Part shown: in pieces, positions 7,974 to 16,149 of the stretch | How positions within the stretch are numbered: position 1 is the stretch's first letter | Layout of the letters: every line of letters begins with the position of its first letter | Source of the DNA: an uncultured Candidatus Saccharibacteria bacterium | GTDB taxonomy: Bacteria; Patescibacteriota; Minisyncoccia; Phycocordibacterales; UBA12088 | Direction of reading: 5' to 3' | DNA length: 64,000 nucleotides | Assembly (NCBI GenBank): GCA_964521185.1 | Contig: CAZFRC010000003.1 | Span: forward strand, 2,112 to 66,111 | Made by a program: the position numbers and the translations under genes | Notes under the pieces: generated by a model | The model's input: only the letters and a program-made list of their open reading frames with translations | Database searches by the model: none | Told to the model about the DNA's origin: nothing

Positions 7974-8003
7974 ATCATATCGAGGAAAAGGAAGTATTGT
8001 CAA
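7974..8003 (-). promoter_or_regulatory. sigma70-type promoter of unit A
   Basis: TTGACA-N18-TATGAT. Confidence 0.75.
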
Positions 8004-8182
8004 CTGTATACCGCTATCCCCGCTGTTTTTCGAATCATCTCCTTTCACTTCGTGGGGAGAGACTCTACGAACTATCATTGCATATTTGCACGCGAAGCAT
8101 GCACCGCGCGAGAGGAGGATGCCCTTCTCTCGCACGGGAACTTTTTCCTATGAAACAGATTTGAAAGCCTCGGAATCGTAGA

Positions 8183-9421
8183 CTAACGATCATTCTTATC
8201 CCCACGGACATCTTCGCTGCTTTCTTTTTCACGCATGCCCAGTTGTTCCGTCGTATAACGAATATCCATTCCAACACGAATGTGTGTCGTTTGTCGCAAC
8301 ACACCACGAAACGTTTGATAGGCATTGTGCCAATCGCCGTTTCGAATAAACTCTTCGCCAGACTCAAACATGATTTCAATAGCTTCAAGTTTCTTTCTTG
8401 TTTCATCATCAACCAGAGAAATTCGTTTGAGCAGTTGTCCAATTTCACGTCTCGCATGATCTCTAGATCGTTCCACTATGCGAATGAATAATTTTTGTGT
8501 ATCAACTTCTATCGTTTGTGTTGACGATGCATGGTGTACACGAGAAGAATCTGGAGAAGATTCCTCTTTGGCAGCGCCAATGCTTGGTGCCGGAGAATCA
8601 TTTGTTATCGCGCTCGAAACTTTCAGCGCGGTGGGCGGATTTTCGCTATCCCTATTGATCGGGGAAATACCCTGAGCGGTACCCGCAGCTTCTGTTACTA
8701 TTGAAAATGTTCCAAATGAAGATTGTGCCTCTGGAGCATATGCAAGTAACAGAGCCTCCGTATGTATTGCTGTTTTTTCTTGCACATCTCGCATAACTTC
8801 TGATACCCGAGACGCCGCCTGAATTGAGATATCCCCTGCCCCAAGGTGTGCCAAGGCTTCTGTGTGCGCTCGAAGTGCGGCGTCGAAGTTGTCGAAAAAA
8901 TTGACGGCGACATCAGGTGTCCTAATTTCAATTGCAGCAATATGTGCAGTGACTTTTTCCGCCTGTGTTTCAAGCTGAAGCACTATTTTTTCTTCAATGT
9001 CTGGGGTAAGATCCCCCTTAAGCGCTAGCGCATGCACTTCTCTAAGACGTCGTTCCATTCTTTTAGTTTCCCACGACACCCTACTTTCTTCTGTAAAAGA
9101 GAACGCGAGTCGAATTTCTTCGTTGACATGGGTTTTAACAAGATGAAGTAATTCTCCGGGTAATGCGCGTTCTGCCGCATATGATATGCCTCCCCCTGAA
9201 ACGATGAGCGTTATGCCAAGGAACGCGGGGATCAGAGGAGCGCGAAGAATTCCAAAAAACAGAGTCCTGGTATGTTTCGGCGAGCTTATTGACGAAGCGT
9301 CAGGACGTATTGGATGAAGAGATCGGTATTCGCGCAACACATCTCGCATGCGCTTCTTTTCTGCCTCTTGCATTCGCATGGAGAGCGCAGCGTGTGTAAT
9401 GATGTCGGAAAATTTTTTCAT
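8183..9421 (-). CDS. Putative anti-sigma factor (single TM, DUF5667-like helical domain)
   Basis: Directly downstream of the ECF sigma; TM followed by AERALPGELLHLVKTHVNEE motif. Confidence 0.7.
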   Translation of the reverse strand: MKKFSDIITHAALSMRMQEAEKKRMRDVLREYRSLHPIRPDASSISSPKHTRTLFFGILRAPLIPAFLGITLIVSGGGISYAAERALPGELLHLVKTHVNEEIRLAFSFTEESRVSWETKRMERRLREVHALALKGDLTPDIEEKIVLQLETQAEKVTAHIAAIEIRTPDVAVNFFDNFDAALRAHTEALAHLGAGDISIQAASRVSEVMRDVQEKTAIHTEALLLAYAPEAQSSFGTFSIVTEAAGTAQGISPINRDSENPPTALKVSSAITNDSPAPSIGAAKEESSPDSSRVHHASSTQTIEVDTQKLFIRIVERSRDHARREIGQLLKRISLVDDETRKKLEAIEIMFESGEEFIRNGDWHNAYQTFRGVLRQTTHIRVGMDIRYTTEQLGMREKESSEDVRGDKNDR

Positions 9422-9423
9422 AT

Positions 9424-9969
9424 CTATTGTTGGAAATGCTTCATCCTCTCTTCAAATGCCGTTTTCAATTTACGCATACTTCGATGAAGTCGAACCGATA
9501 CCACGTTCTCCGACTCCCCCACCAGTTTGGCAATTTCTTTTGGAGAAAAGCCATCAATATACCGAAGCGTCACCATATTCCGATACTGTTCTGGAAGCAC
9601 AGATAAAAGTTCCATAAGTGCTTCCGCATCGAAACGAGTAGCGGCCTCTTCTAATGCCCCATCAATCACAAGATCATCAAAACTTCCTTCCGAAGTAGTT
9701 TCGTCTTCAAGAAGTGCATCGAGAGAAGCGGTCTTCTTTTTTCGATACTCATCGATAATAAGATTGTTGAGCGTCTGATAGAGAAAAGCCCGTAAGTCTT
9801 TTACCGCGTTTCCTTTTTGAAGATAATTCCACACCCGCATGAAAGTTTCCTGTGTTATATCTCGTGCACGTTCTTCGTCGGAAATACGAAAAAATGTGTG
9901 CCGAAACAATGCATCAGCATATTGTTCAAACGCCTCCGTAAAAAGCTCTTCGACACTTTTTAGAACCAT
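9424..9969 (-). CDS. ECF (sigma-24 type) RNA polymerase sigma factor
   Basis: ARDITQETFMRVW, region 4 SPKEIAKLVGESENVVSVRLHRS; start uncertain (9969 or 10023). Confidence 0.92.
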   Translation of the reverse strand: MVLKSVEELFTEAFEQYADALFRHTFFRISDEERARDITQETFMRVWNYLQKGNAVKDLRAFLYQTLNNLIIDEYRKKKTASLDALLEDETTSEGSFDDLVIDGALEEAATRFDAEALMELLSVLPEQYRNMVTLRYIDGFSPKEIAKLVGESENVVSVRLHRSMRKLKTAFEERMKHFQQ

Positions 9970-10170
9970 GTTCTCCTCGAAATAAAGACGGGTAGTACGC
10001 AAAACGCTTTCATGAGTTTTCACTATACGCTAGGTATGGTTTCTCTTGCTACTCCTCATCGATAGCATAAAATCTCCCTCGGTTAATACAGAGTGCGGGG
10101 TCATTTCGTATATGAAAAATTTTTTAGCTTTCACAAAAAAGCGCTTTCTCATTTCCAGTTCAGCAAAAAG

Positions 10171-10243
10171 TCGGGGTGCCGGGATTCGAACCCGGAGTCA
10201 CTTGTACCCAAAACAAGTATGTTAGCCGTTACACCACACCCCG
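10171..10243 (-). tRNA. tRNA-Pro(TGG), CCA not encoded
   Basis: cggggtg acceptor; cttgt-tttgggt-acaag; ccggg-ttcgaat-cccgg. Confidence 0.94.
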
Positions 10244-10374
10244 ACTTTTGGCTGAACTGTCTTTCCTAACTTAATATGTGGAGAATTTTTTCCCCACAAG
10301 TATCTAAGGCAATACACCAAACCTATGCGTACAATGTTACCTACGAAACTACCCCCCTCTTGAAACAAACGAAA

Positions 10375-10758
10375 TCACACCAGATCCTCAAGAATCGAAC
10401 AATACGCTAATCTCCGGGTAAAATCTATCCTAACAATGATCGCGGAAATACGATAGTCTTTCTGCGCTAACGTAGCGTGCTCAAGCAAGTAACTCTGCAC
10501 GGTGCGGTCTAACTTTTCGAGCTTTTGTGAATGGATATTTTCTTCTGGCCGTATAGCGCTCAAAATATGCTGGCCGGTCTTGACTTCAAAAAAAACTGTT
10601 GTGTCTCCCTTTTGTGCGACTATATCAATTTCCCCCCAAGGTTTTCTATAATTCCTTTCCAAGACAACATATCCTTTACGGCACAAAAATTCCACGGCAA
10701 CATCTTCGCCCATTTTACCCACTGATTGTGTTTTTCCAATCCCGTAATTCCAGGTCAA
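10375..10758 (-). CDS. yraN: YraN family (UPF0102) endonuclease-fold protein
   Basis: GEDVAVEFL..GY.VLERNYRKPWGEIDIVA....FFEVK; start uncertain. Confidence 0.88.
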   Translation of the reverse strand: MTWNYGIGKTQSVGKMGEDVAVEFLCRKGYVVLERNYRKPWGEIDIVAQKGDTTVFFEVKTGQHILSAIRPEENIHSQKLEKLDRTVQSYLLEHATLAQKDYRISAIIVRIDFTRRLAYCSILEDLV

Positions 10759-10911
10759 AGTCCTATAATTATCCTTATTTTAAGCCGTTTTAATAAAAAT
10801 CTTCTTTTTTATTTTTAATGTACTTTGTCCTTTATACACTAATCCCCACAGTTATCCCCATACTTTTTATGATAGAGATGTCCTTTGAAAAAGGCTGTTG
10901 TTTAACTTTTG

Positions 10912-10982
10912 TGCGGGTAAGGAGAATCGAACTCCTGTCTCGTCCTTGGCAAGGACGCATTCTACCACTAAACCATACCCGC
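10912..10982 (-). tRNA. tRNA-Gly(GCC)
   Basis: gcgggta..., cgtcc-ttgccaa-ggacg, T-loop ttcgatt. Confidence 0.95.
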
Positions 10983-11117
10983 TTTGGCTCTTGGGAAAGG
11001 GTTCGTTCGCCCAAGCTTCGATTCGAAGCGTATCATTTCTCATTATGCTCTTCAAGCGAAGTATTATCGAGCGCACCCGAAAACACGGCGGTCTCCTAAT
11101 TATTTTTTGAACTCCTG

Positions 11118-11189
11118 TGCCCCCGCCAGGACTCGAACCCAGAACAACAGTTCCGAAGACTGCTGTGATATCCATTTCACCACGGGGGC
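11118..11189 (-). tRNA. tRNA-Arg(TCG)
   Basis: gcccccg acceptor; gcagt-cttcgga-actgt; T-loop ttcgagt. Confidence 0.93.
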
Positions 11190-11250
11190 GATACGAAGCA
11201 ATCATACATGGAATACTGCGTAAAAAGCAAAAGTGCCGTAATATGCAGCT

Positions 11251-12726
11251 ATGGAATTTGAGAAGAATCGCATTCCGGAGGAGGTGCGTACAACCGCAGA
11301 AATATTAGAAAACGCTCACTTTAAGGCTTATTTAGTTGGAGGTTGTGTTCGAGATCTCCTTCTCAAAAAAACCCCTAAAGACTGGGATATTGCAACCGAC
11401 GCAACCCCCGAACAAATTCAGCAGGTATTTACCCACTCTTTTTATGATAACAAATTTGGAACAGTTGGAGTCGTGTATGACTCCACCGAAGACCCCACTA
11501 TTAAAGTCATCGAAGTAACACCCTTTCGTGTCGAATCGGGGTACTCAGATTCACGTCGGCCAGATGCAGTATCTTTTAGTTCAGAGATAAAAGACGATTT
11601 AAAACGAAGAGATTTCACCATCAACGCAATGGCGTTTCGCTTATCTAATAATGAATTCATTGACTTTTTTAATGGCGCAGAAGACCTTGAGCGTGGAATA
11701 GTTCGTGCCGTTGGTGATCCAAAAGAGCGCTTTGAAGAAGACGGTCTGCGAGTGCTTCGTGCGATAAGAATAGCTGCTGAACTTGGATTTGCTATAGAAG
11801 CAAACACATTAGTTGCTCTCAGACATTCTTCTTCCGTATTAGGGAAGATTGCGAAAGAAAGAATTAGAGACGAATTTGTGAGAATCATTATGTCTGAAAG
11901 ACCCATGGATGCCATGTTTCTTATGAAACGAGTAGGGATGTTGCCTTACATATCAGCAGAACTAGATAGATCCGACGGTATAGAACAGAACAAATCCCAT
12001 AAATACGATGTTTTTGAGCATATTGTTCGATCTCTTCAACATGCCGCAGAAAAAGGTTTTTCTCTAGAAATTCGTCTTGCCGCCCTTTTCCACGATATAG
12101 GAAAGCCAGAAACTCGACGATTTTCACAAGAAACATCTGACTATACGTTTTATGGTCACGAAGTTATAGGGGCAAGAATAACTAAAAAAGTACTGAAGCA
12201 ACTTCGATTTTCGTCTCAGATAATAGAAAAAGTTGTTTTATTGGTTCGTTGGCATATGTTCTTTTCAGATCCCGACCAAATAACCTTATCGGCTGTCCGA
12301 AGAATTATTCGTCATGTAGGAAGAGAAAATATATGGGATCTTTTAGACATCCGTATATGCGATCGAATTGGTAGCGGCAGGCCAAAAGAACAGCCTTTTC
12401 GTTTCAGAAAATATAAAGCAATGGTAGAAGAGGCACTTAGAGACCCAATATCAGTGGGTATGTTAAATATTAATGGAACGAGGATAATTGAGGTTACACG
12501 TGAAAAACCAGGTCCAAGAATAGGCCATATGCTTCACGCAATTCTAGAGGAAGTAATCGAAGATCCTTCCAAAAATGAGGTTTCGTTTCTTGAGAAACGG
12601 GTACAGGAGCTGTCCATTATGGAAGATAATGATCTTGCCGTATTAGGTAATAAAGGAAGAGAAAGAAAAGATGAAATGGAAGAAGTAGAATTGGATAATA
12701 TAAAGAGGAAATACGGAGTTTTATAG
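11251..12726 (+). CDS. cca: CCA-adding tRNA nucleotidyltransferase with HD domain
   Basis: VGGCVRD, DWDIATDA, DLKRRDFTINAMA, RFEEDGLRVLRA, FHDIGK. Confidence 0.93.
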   Translation: MEFEKNRIPEEVRTTAEILENAHFKAYLVGGCVRDLLLKKTPKDWDIATDATPEQIQQVFTHSFYDNKFGTVGVVYDSTEDPTIKVIEVTPFRVESGYSDSRRPDAVSFSSEIKDDLKRRDFTINAMAFRLSNNEFIDFFNGAEDLERGIVRAVGDPKERFEEDGLRVLRAIRIAAELGFAIEANTLVALRHSSSVLGKIAKERIRDEFVRIIMSERPMDAMFLMKRVGMLPYISAELDRSDGIEQNKSHKYDVFEHIVRSLQHAAEKGFSLEIRLAALFHDIGKPETRRFSQETSDYTFYGHEVIGARITKKVLKQLRFSSQIIEKVVLLVRWHMFFSDPDQITLSAVRRIIRHVGRENIWDLLDIRICDRIGSGRPKEQPFRFRKYKAMVEEALRDPISVGMLNINGTRIIEVTREKPGPRIGHMLHAILEEVIEDPSKNEVSFLEKRVQELSIMEDNDLAVLGNKGRERKDEMEEVELDNIKRKYGVL

Positions 12727-12998
12727 AAAGTTTCACGTAAAACGTTTCTTGAGAAACACTAATCGCCCCGGACTTCTGGGTGGAGAACCGAAATCGCATG
12801 GGGCGACGGTAGAGGAATCCGATGGTATTGAATAGACTAAACAAATACCGCTTTAAAACAAAACTAAAGTACTTCGTGAGAGTATCTGTAGTGTTATTAA
12901 TTTCAATATGATCAGCATCCTCCAAAGAAAGAACTTTTTTGGTGAAATTAAGGAACGCTTATACAACACCTATGATCTAGGGATAATGGTACTCCCGC

Positions 12999-13045
12999 TA
13001 TAAAGGACATGTAAAGGACATTGTTGTGGATAAATGTCCTTTATA
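12999..13045. promoter_or_regulatory. Direct plus inverted taaaggacat repeats enclosing a perfect DnaA box
   Basis: tataaaggacat-gtaaaggacat-tgt-tgtggataa-atgtcctttata. Confidence 0.55.
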
Positions 13046-13055
13046 ATTATTCTGT

Positions 13056-13856
13056 CTATTTGAGCGATATTTCAGCAAGCACAGGGCAATGATCCGAGCC
13101 CATCACATCTTTGAGTATTTCTGCTTTCCCCACTTTATTACCCAGCTGCGAGCTTACAAAAATATAGTCTATTCTCCAACCAACGTTTCGAGCTCGCGCA
13201 TTGGCAAAATGACTCCACCACGTGTAATGCCCGTTTCCCTTTATAAACAATCGAAATGTATCCAAAAAACCTGCTCCAATGAGTGCTTGTATGCCTTCTC
13301 GTTCTTCTTTGGTAAAACCTTTTTTACCTTCATTTTCTTTTGGACGTGCAAGATCGTCCTCGGTGTGTGCCACGTTCAAATCCCCACAAAAGATAACCGG
13401 TTTTTTCTTTTCAAGACCGGTTACATGGTCCAAAAAAGCAGGGTCCCATTGTGTATGACGAAGAAATAGTCTACTTAAATCATCTTTTGCGTTCGGCGTG
13501 TATACGTTAACAACATAAACATCCTTAAATTCCAAAGTGATGACTCGTCCCTCAGTATTTGGGTTCCCATAGGTATCGCTTTTAAGACGGTATTTAACTT
13601 CCAAATCATTAGAAAGTCCGTTTTCTATTGTGAGAGGTCTGTTCTTAGTAAATACCGCTGTCCCGCTATACCCTTTTTTTTCTGCAGAATTCCAATACTC
13701 GCCATAGTTAAAAAGATCAATAATTGATTCGCTTTTTTCGGCTTTTGTTTCTTGAATACATAAAATGTCTGGGTCGTATTCCTGCACGAACGGCATGAAT
13801 AGACCTTTTTTATGAACTGCGCGTATGCCATTTACATTCCAAGAAATAATTCGCAT
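13056..13856 (-). CDS. xth: Exodeoxyribonuclease III / AP endonuclease
   Basis: SWNVNGIRA, CIQETK, GDLNVAH, GWRIDY, GSDHCP. Confidence 0.96.
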   Translation of the reverse strand: MRIISWNVNGIRAVHKKGLFMPFVQEYDPDILCIQETKAEKSESIIDLFNYGEYWNSAEKKGYSGTAVFTKNRPLTIENGLSNDLEVKYRLKSDTYGNPNTEGRVITLEFKDVYVVNVYTPNAKDDLSRLFLRHTQWDPAFLDHVTGLEKKKPVIFCGDLNVAHTEDDLARPKENEGKKGFTKEEREGIQALIGAGFLDTFRLFIKGNGHYTWWSHFANARARNVGWRIDYIFVSSQLGNKVGKAEILKDVMGSDHCPVLAEISLK

Positions 13857-13895
13857 TGACCATAGTGTACCGCAAAGGGAGGTCGTTTTCCCAAC

Positions 13896-14822
13896 TTATT
13901 TTCTCCGTTTCCCGTGAAAAGAGCGGTGTATCTCTCCTAAATGACGATCAGTAACATGTGTGTACACTTGAGTAGTGGAGATATTCGCATGTCCAAGTAA
14001 CGCCTGAACGGACCTTAAGTCTGCGCCATTTTCAAGTAAATCCGTAGCAAAACTGTGTCGAACAACGTGGGGAGTTACTTTTCTGGTAATGCCCGCCCTA
14101 ATCGCATACTGTTTTACAATTCGTTCTACTGAACGAGGGGTTAGACGGAGGCTTTCAGCTTTTGAGGCATTTTTTCCAAGTTGAATAAATAGGGCGTCGT
14201 CAATATCTGTTCGTTTATTTAAATACGATTTCAATATTGCTCTGGCGTCTTCAGAAAGAAATACCACCCGAACTTTGTCTCCTTTACCTCGGATAGGGAA
14301 GGAGTTGCCCGATATATTGAGGTCCCGACCAAGAGAACACAGTTCGGATACACGAAGTCCTGTTGAAAACAAGAGTTCAAGGATCGCGCGGTCTCGAAGG
14401 GCTTTAACGTCGGAACCTTTCGGAGCAGATAGAAGTCGATTGAGCTCTTCGGACGTAATCAGATCGAGCGAACGGTCGCCAACCTTTGCAAGCTCTATAC
14501 GTTCCGGAGAAATCGTCTCCACCCCACGCTTATGCAAATACTTGAGGAACGCTCGGAGCGCTATCAAGTAGTAATTTTGAGTACGGCGTTTTAACGTTTC
14601 CCGTCCACCACCAGGTTTTTTCCCCGCATCTTGGCGGTTAAGCCACAAGCGATATTCACGAATAACCCGATCGTCCAGCTGTCGCGGGGAAGTGATCTTT
14701 GCATACTGTAAAAATCGAGTGAGGTACCGGTCATAGTTTTCTACAGTTTTTATGCTTCGTCCTCGTTCGATTTCAAGATGTTCAAGAAATTCCCGTTGGA
14801 GCGTTTGTATTTGGGACACCAT
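13896..14822 (-). CDS. XerC/XerD-like tyrosine recombinase
   Basis: RDRAILELLFSTGLRVSEL, TPHVVRHSFAT, LLGHANISTTQVYTHV; start at MVSQIQ. Confidence 0.92.
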   Translation of the reverse strand: MVSQIQTLQREFLEHLEIERGRSIKTVENYDRYLTRFLQYAKITSPRQLDDRVIREYRLWLNRQDAGKKPGGGRETLKRRTQNYYLIALRAFLKYLHKRGVETISPERIELAKVGDRSLDLITSEELNRLLSAPKGSDVKALRDRAILELLFSTGLRVSELCSLGRDLNISGNSFPIRGKGDKVRVVFLSEDARAILKSYLNKRTDIDDALFIQLGKNASKAESLRLTPRSVERIVKQYAIRAGITRKVTPHVVRHSFATDLLENGADLRSVQALLGHANISTTQVYTHVTDRHLGEIHRSFHGKRRK

Positions 14823-15087
14823 GTATGTAGTAGTGTCGCACAATATGTACACAGAGAGAACATAAAACATGGGGTTATACCATTCGGTTCCCCATACGAT
14901 TTAACGTAGGAGTACTAAGAATCGACTGTATGTGTGAGGAAAACAAGAACCTCGGGGTGTTTAAGCCTTCAAATAGTTTGGAACGGAGATTTGCCATCTC
15001 TCACAAGAAGCCGAAGAATCAATGTATGGTAAAAAGGCTACCTAAACGCGGTATTGCAATCCAAAAAAAGCGTGCTATACTCTTTTC

Positions 15088-15354
15088 ATGCTTACCAAGC
15101 GGCAAAAAAGTACTGCAATAAAAGTGGCCAAGCGCCACACCACCGACACTGGCTCTCCGGAGGTTCAGGTGGCGATTTTAACAAAGCGAATCAATGAGCT
15201 TTCGACACACTTGAAAAAAAACGCTCGAGATAATCATTCCCGTCGCGGACTTCTTGGTATGGTTGCTGCACGTCGAACGCATCTTAAGTATCTCGAAAAA
15301 AAAGATAAGCGACGATACAGCGCGCTTGTAAAAAAACTGGAGCTTAAGAAATAG
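15088..15354 (+). CDS. rpsO: 30S ribosomal protein S15
   Basis: [13 protein letters not shown]...DNHSRRGLL. Confidence 0.97.
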   Translation: MLTKRQKSTAIKVAKRHTTDTGSPEVQVAILTKRINELSTHLKKNARDNHSRRGLLGMVAARRTHLKYLEKKDKRRYSALVKKLELKK

Positions 15355-15402
15355 ATGATGGGGAAACGAGTTCTTTGAGTGTTAATAACAGTAATATTTT
15401 TT

Positions 15403-15963
15403 ATGTCAGCAGTAAAACATGCAAACCAGCGTGTCGGCGTTTTTATCGATACGCAAAATCTCTATCATAGTGCGAAAAATCTCTATCGCGCCAAGGTGAA
15501 CTTCGGAAATATGGTGATTGACGCTGTCTCCGATCGCATATTGGTACGTGCCATGGCATACGTGGTCAACACTGAAACCAATGAAGAGCAGGGATTCTTT
15601 GACGCACTCCTTAAACAGGGAATAGAAACGAAAACAAAGGATCTTCAGATATTTGCTGGAGGAGCAAAAAAGGCTGACTGGGATGTCGGACTTGCTATTG
15701 ATGCCGTAAAGATGGCCCCGAAGCTCGACACGGTCATTCTCGCCACCGGCGACGGTGATTTTGTTCCGCTGGTTGAATATTTGAAAACAAAAGAAGGATG
15801 TCAAGTTGAAGTCATTTCATTCGGCCGTTCGACATCTGCTCGCCTTCGAGAGGTCTGCGATGACTTTACCGACATGGATGAAAATCCAAAGAAATTCCTC
15901 ATTGCATACCGAGGAGCCCGTTTTTTGAATGGGGATGAGCGCGCCTTAGAAGAAGGCGAGTAA
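15403..15963 (+). CDS. NYN domain (LabA/DUF88) protein
   Basis: VFIDTQNLY, KADWDVGLAID, TGDGDFVPLV. Confidence 0.9.
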   Translation: MSAVKHANQRVGVFIDTQNLYHSAKNLYRAKVNFGNMVIDAVSDRILVRAMAYVVNTETNEEQGFFDALLKQGIETKTKDLQIFAGGAKKADWDVGLAIDAVKMAPKLDTVILATGDGDFVPLVEYLKTKEGCQVEVISFGRSTSARLREVCDDFTDMDENPKKFLIAYRGARFLNGDERALEEGE

Positions 15964-16064
15964 CAGACACTAGCATGTGCATGGGCGACTTCGCACTGCT
16001 TAAGGCGAAGCTGTGTTTATTGCAAAAATCTGCTACACTGCGTTCAATTATTAAAATAACCGCA

Positions 16065-16135
16065 GTGGTGGTTGGATAGGTAGATTTGAAATCAAGCATT
16101 GTCGCTCGATTTCAAGTTTAAAATCCAAATACCAC
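16065..16135 (+). promoter_or_regulatory. Long imperfect hairpin in the pnp 5' leader
   Basis: gtggt..ttggat..ttgaaatc / gatttcaa..atccaa..accac. Confidence 0.55.
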
Positions 16136-16149
16136 GCATAAGTGGTTCC

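Noticed and set aside
10818-11308. Several short ORFs
   Set aside because: They overlap tRNA-Gly and tRNA-Arg genes.
12617-12925. 102-aa ORF or transposase remnant
   Set aside because: Overlaps the cca 3' end, has a weak start, and shows no recognisable transposase motif or terminal repeats.
13896-14822. Tyrosine recombinase as an integron or prophage integrase for the hairpin island
   Set aside because: It looks like a housekeeping XerC/D with no visible IntI-specific insertion, lies 6 kb away among core genes, and no attI or att repeats were seen.
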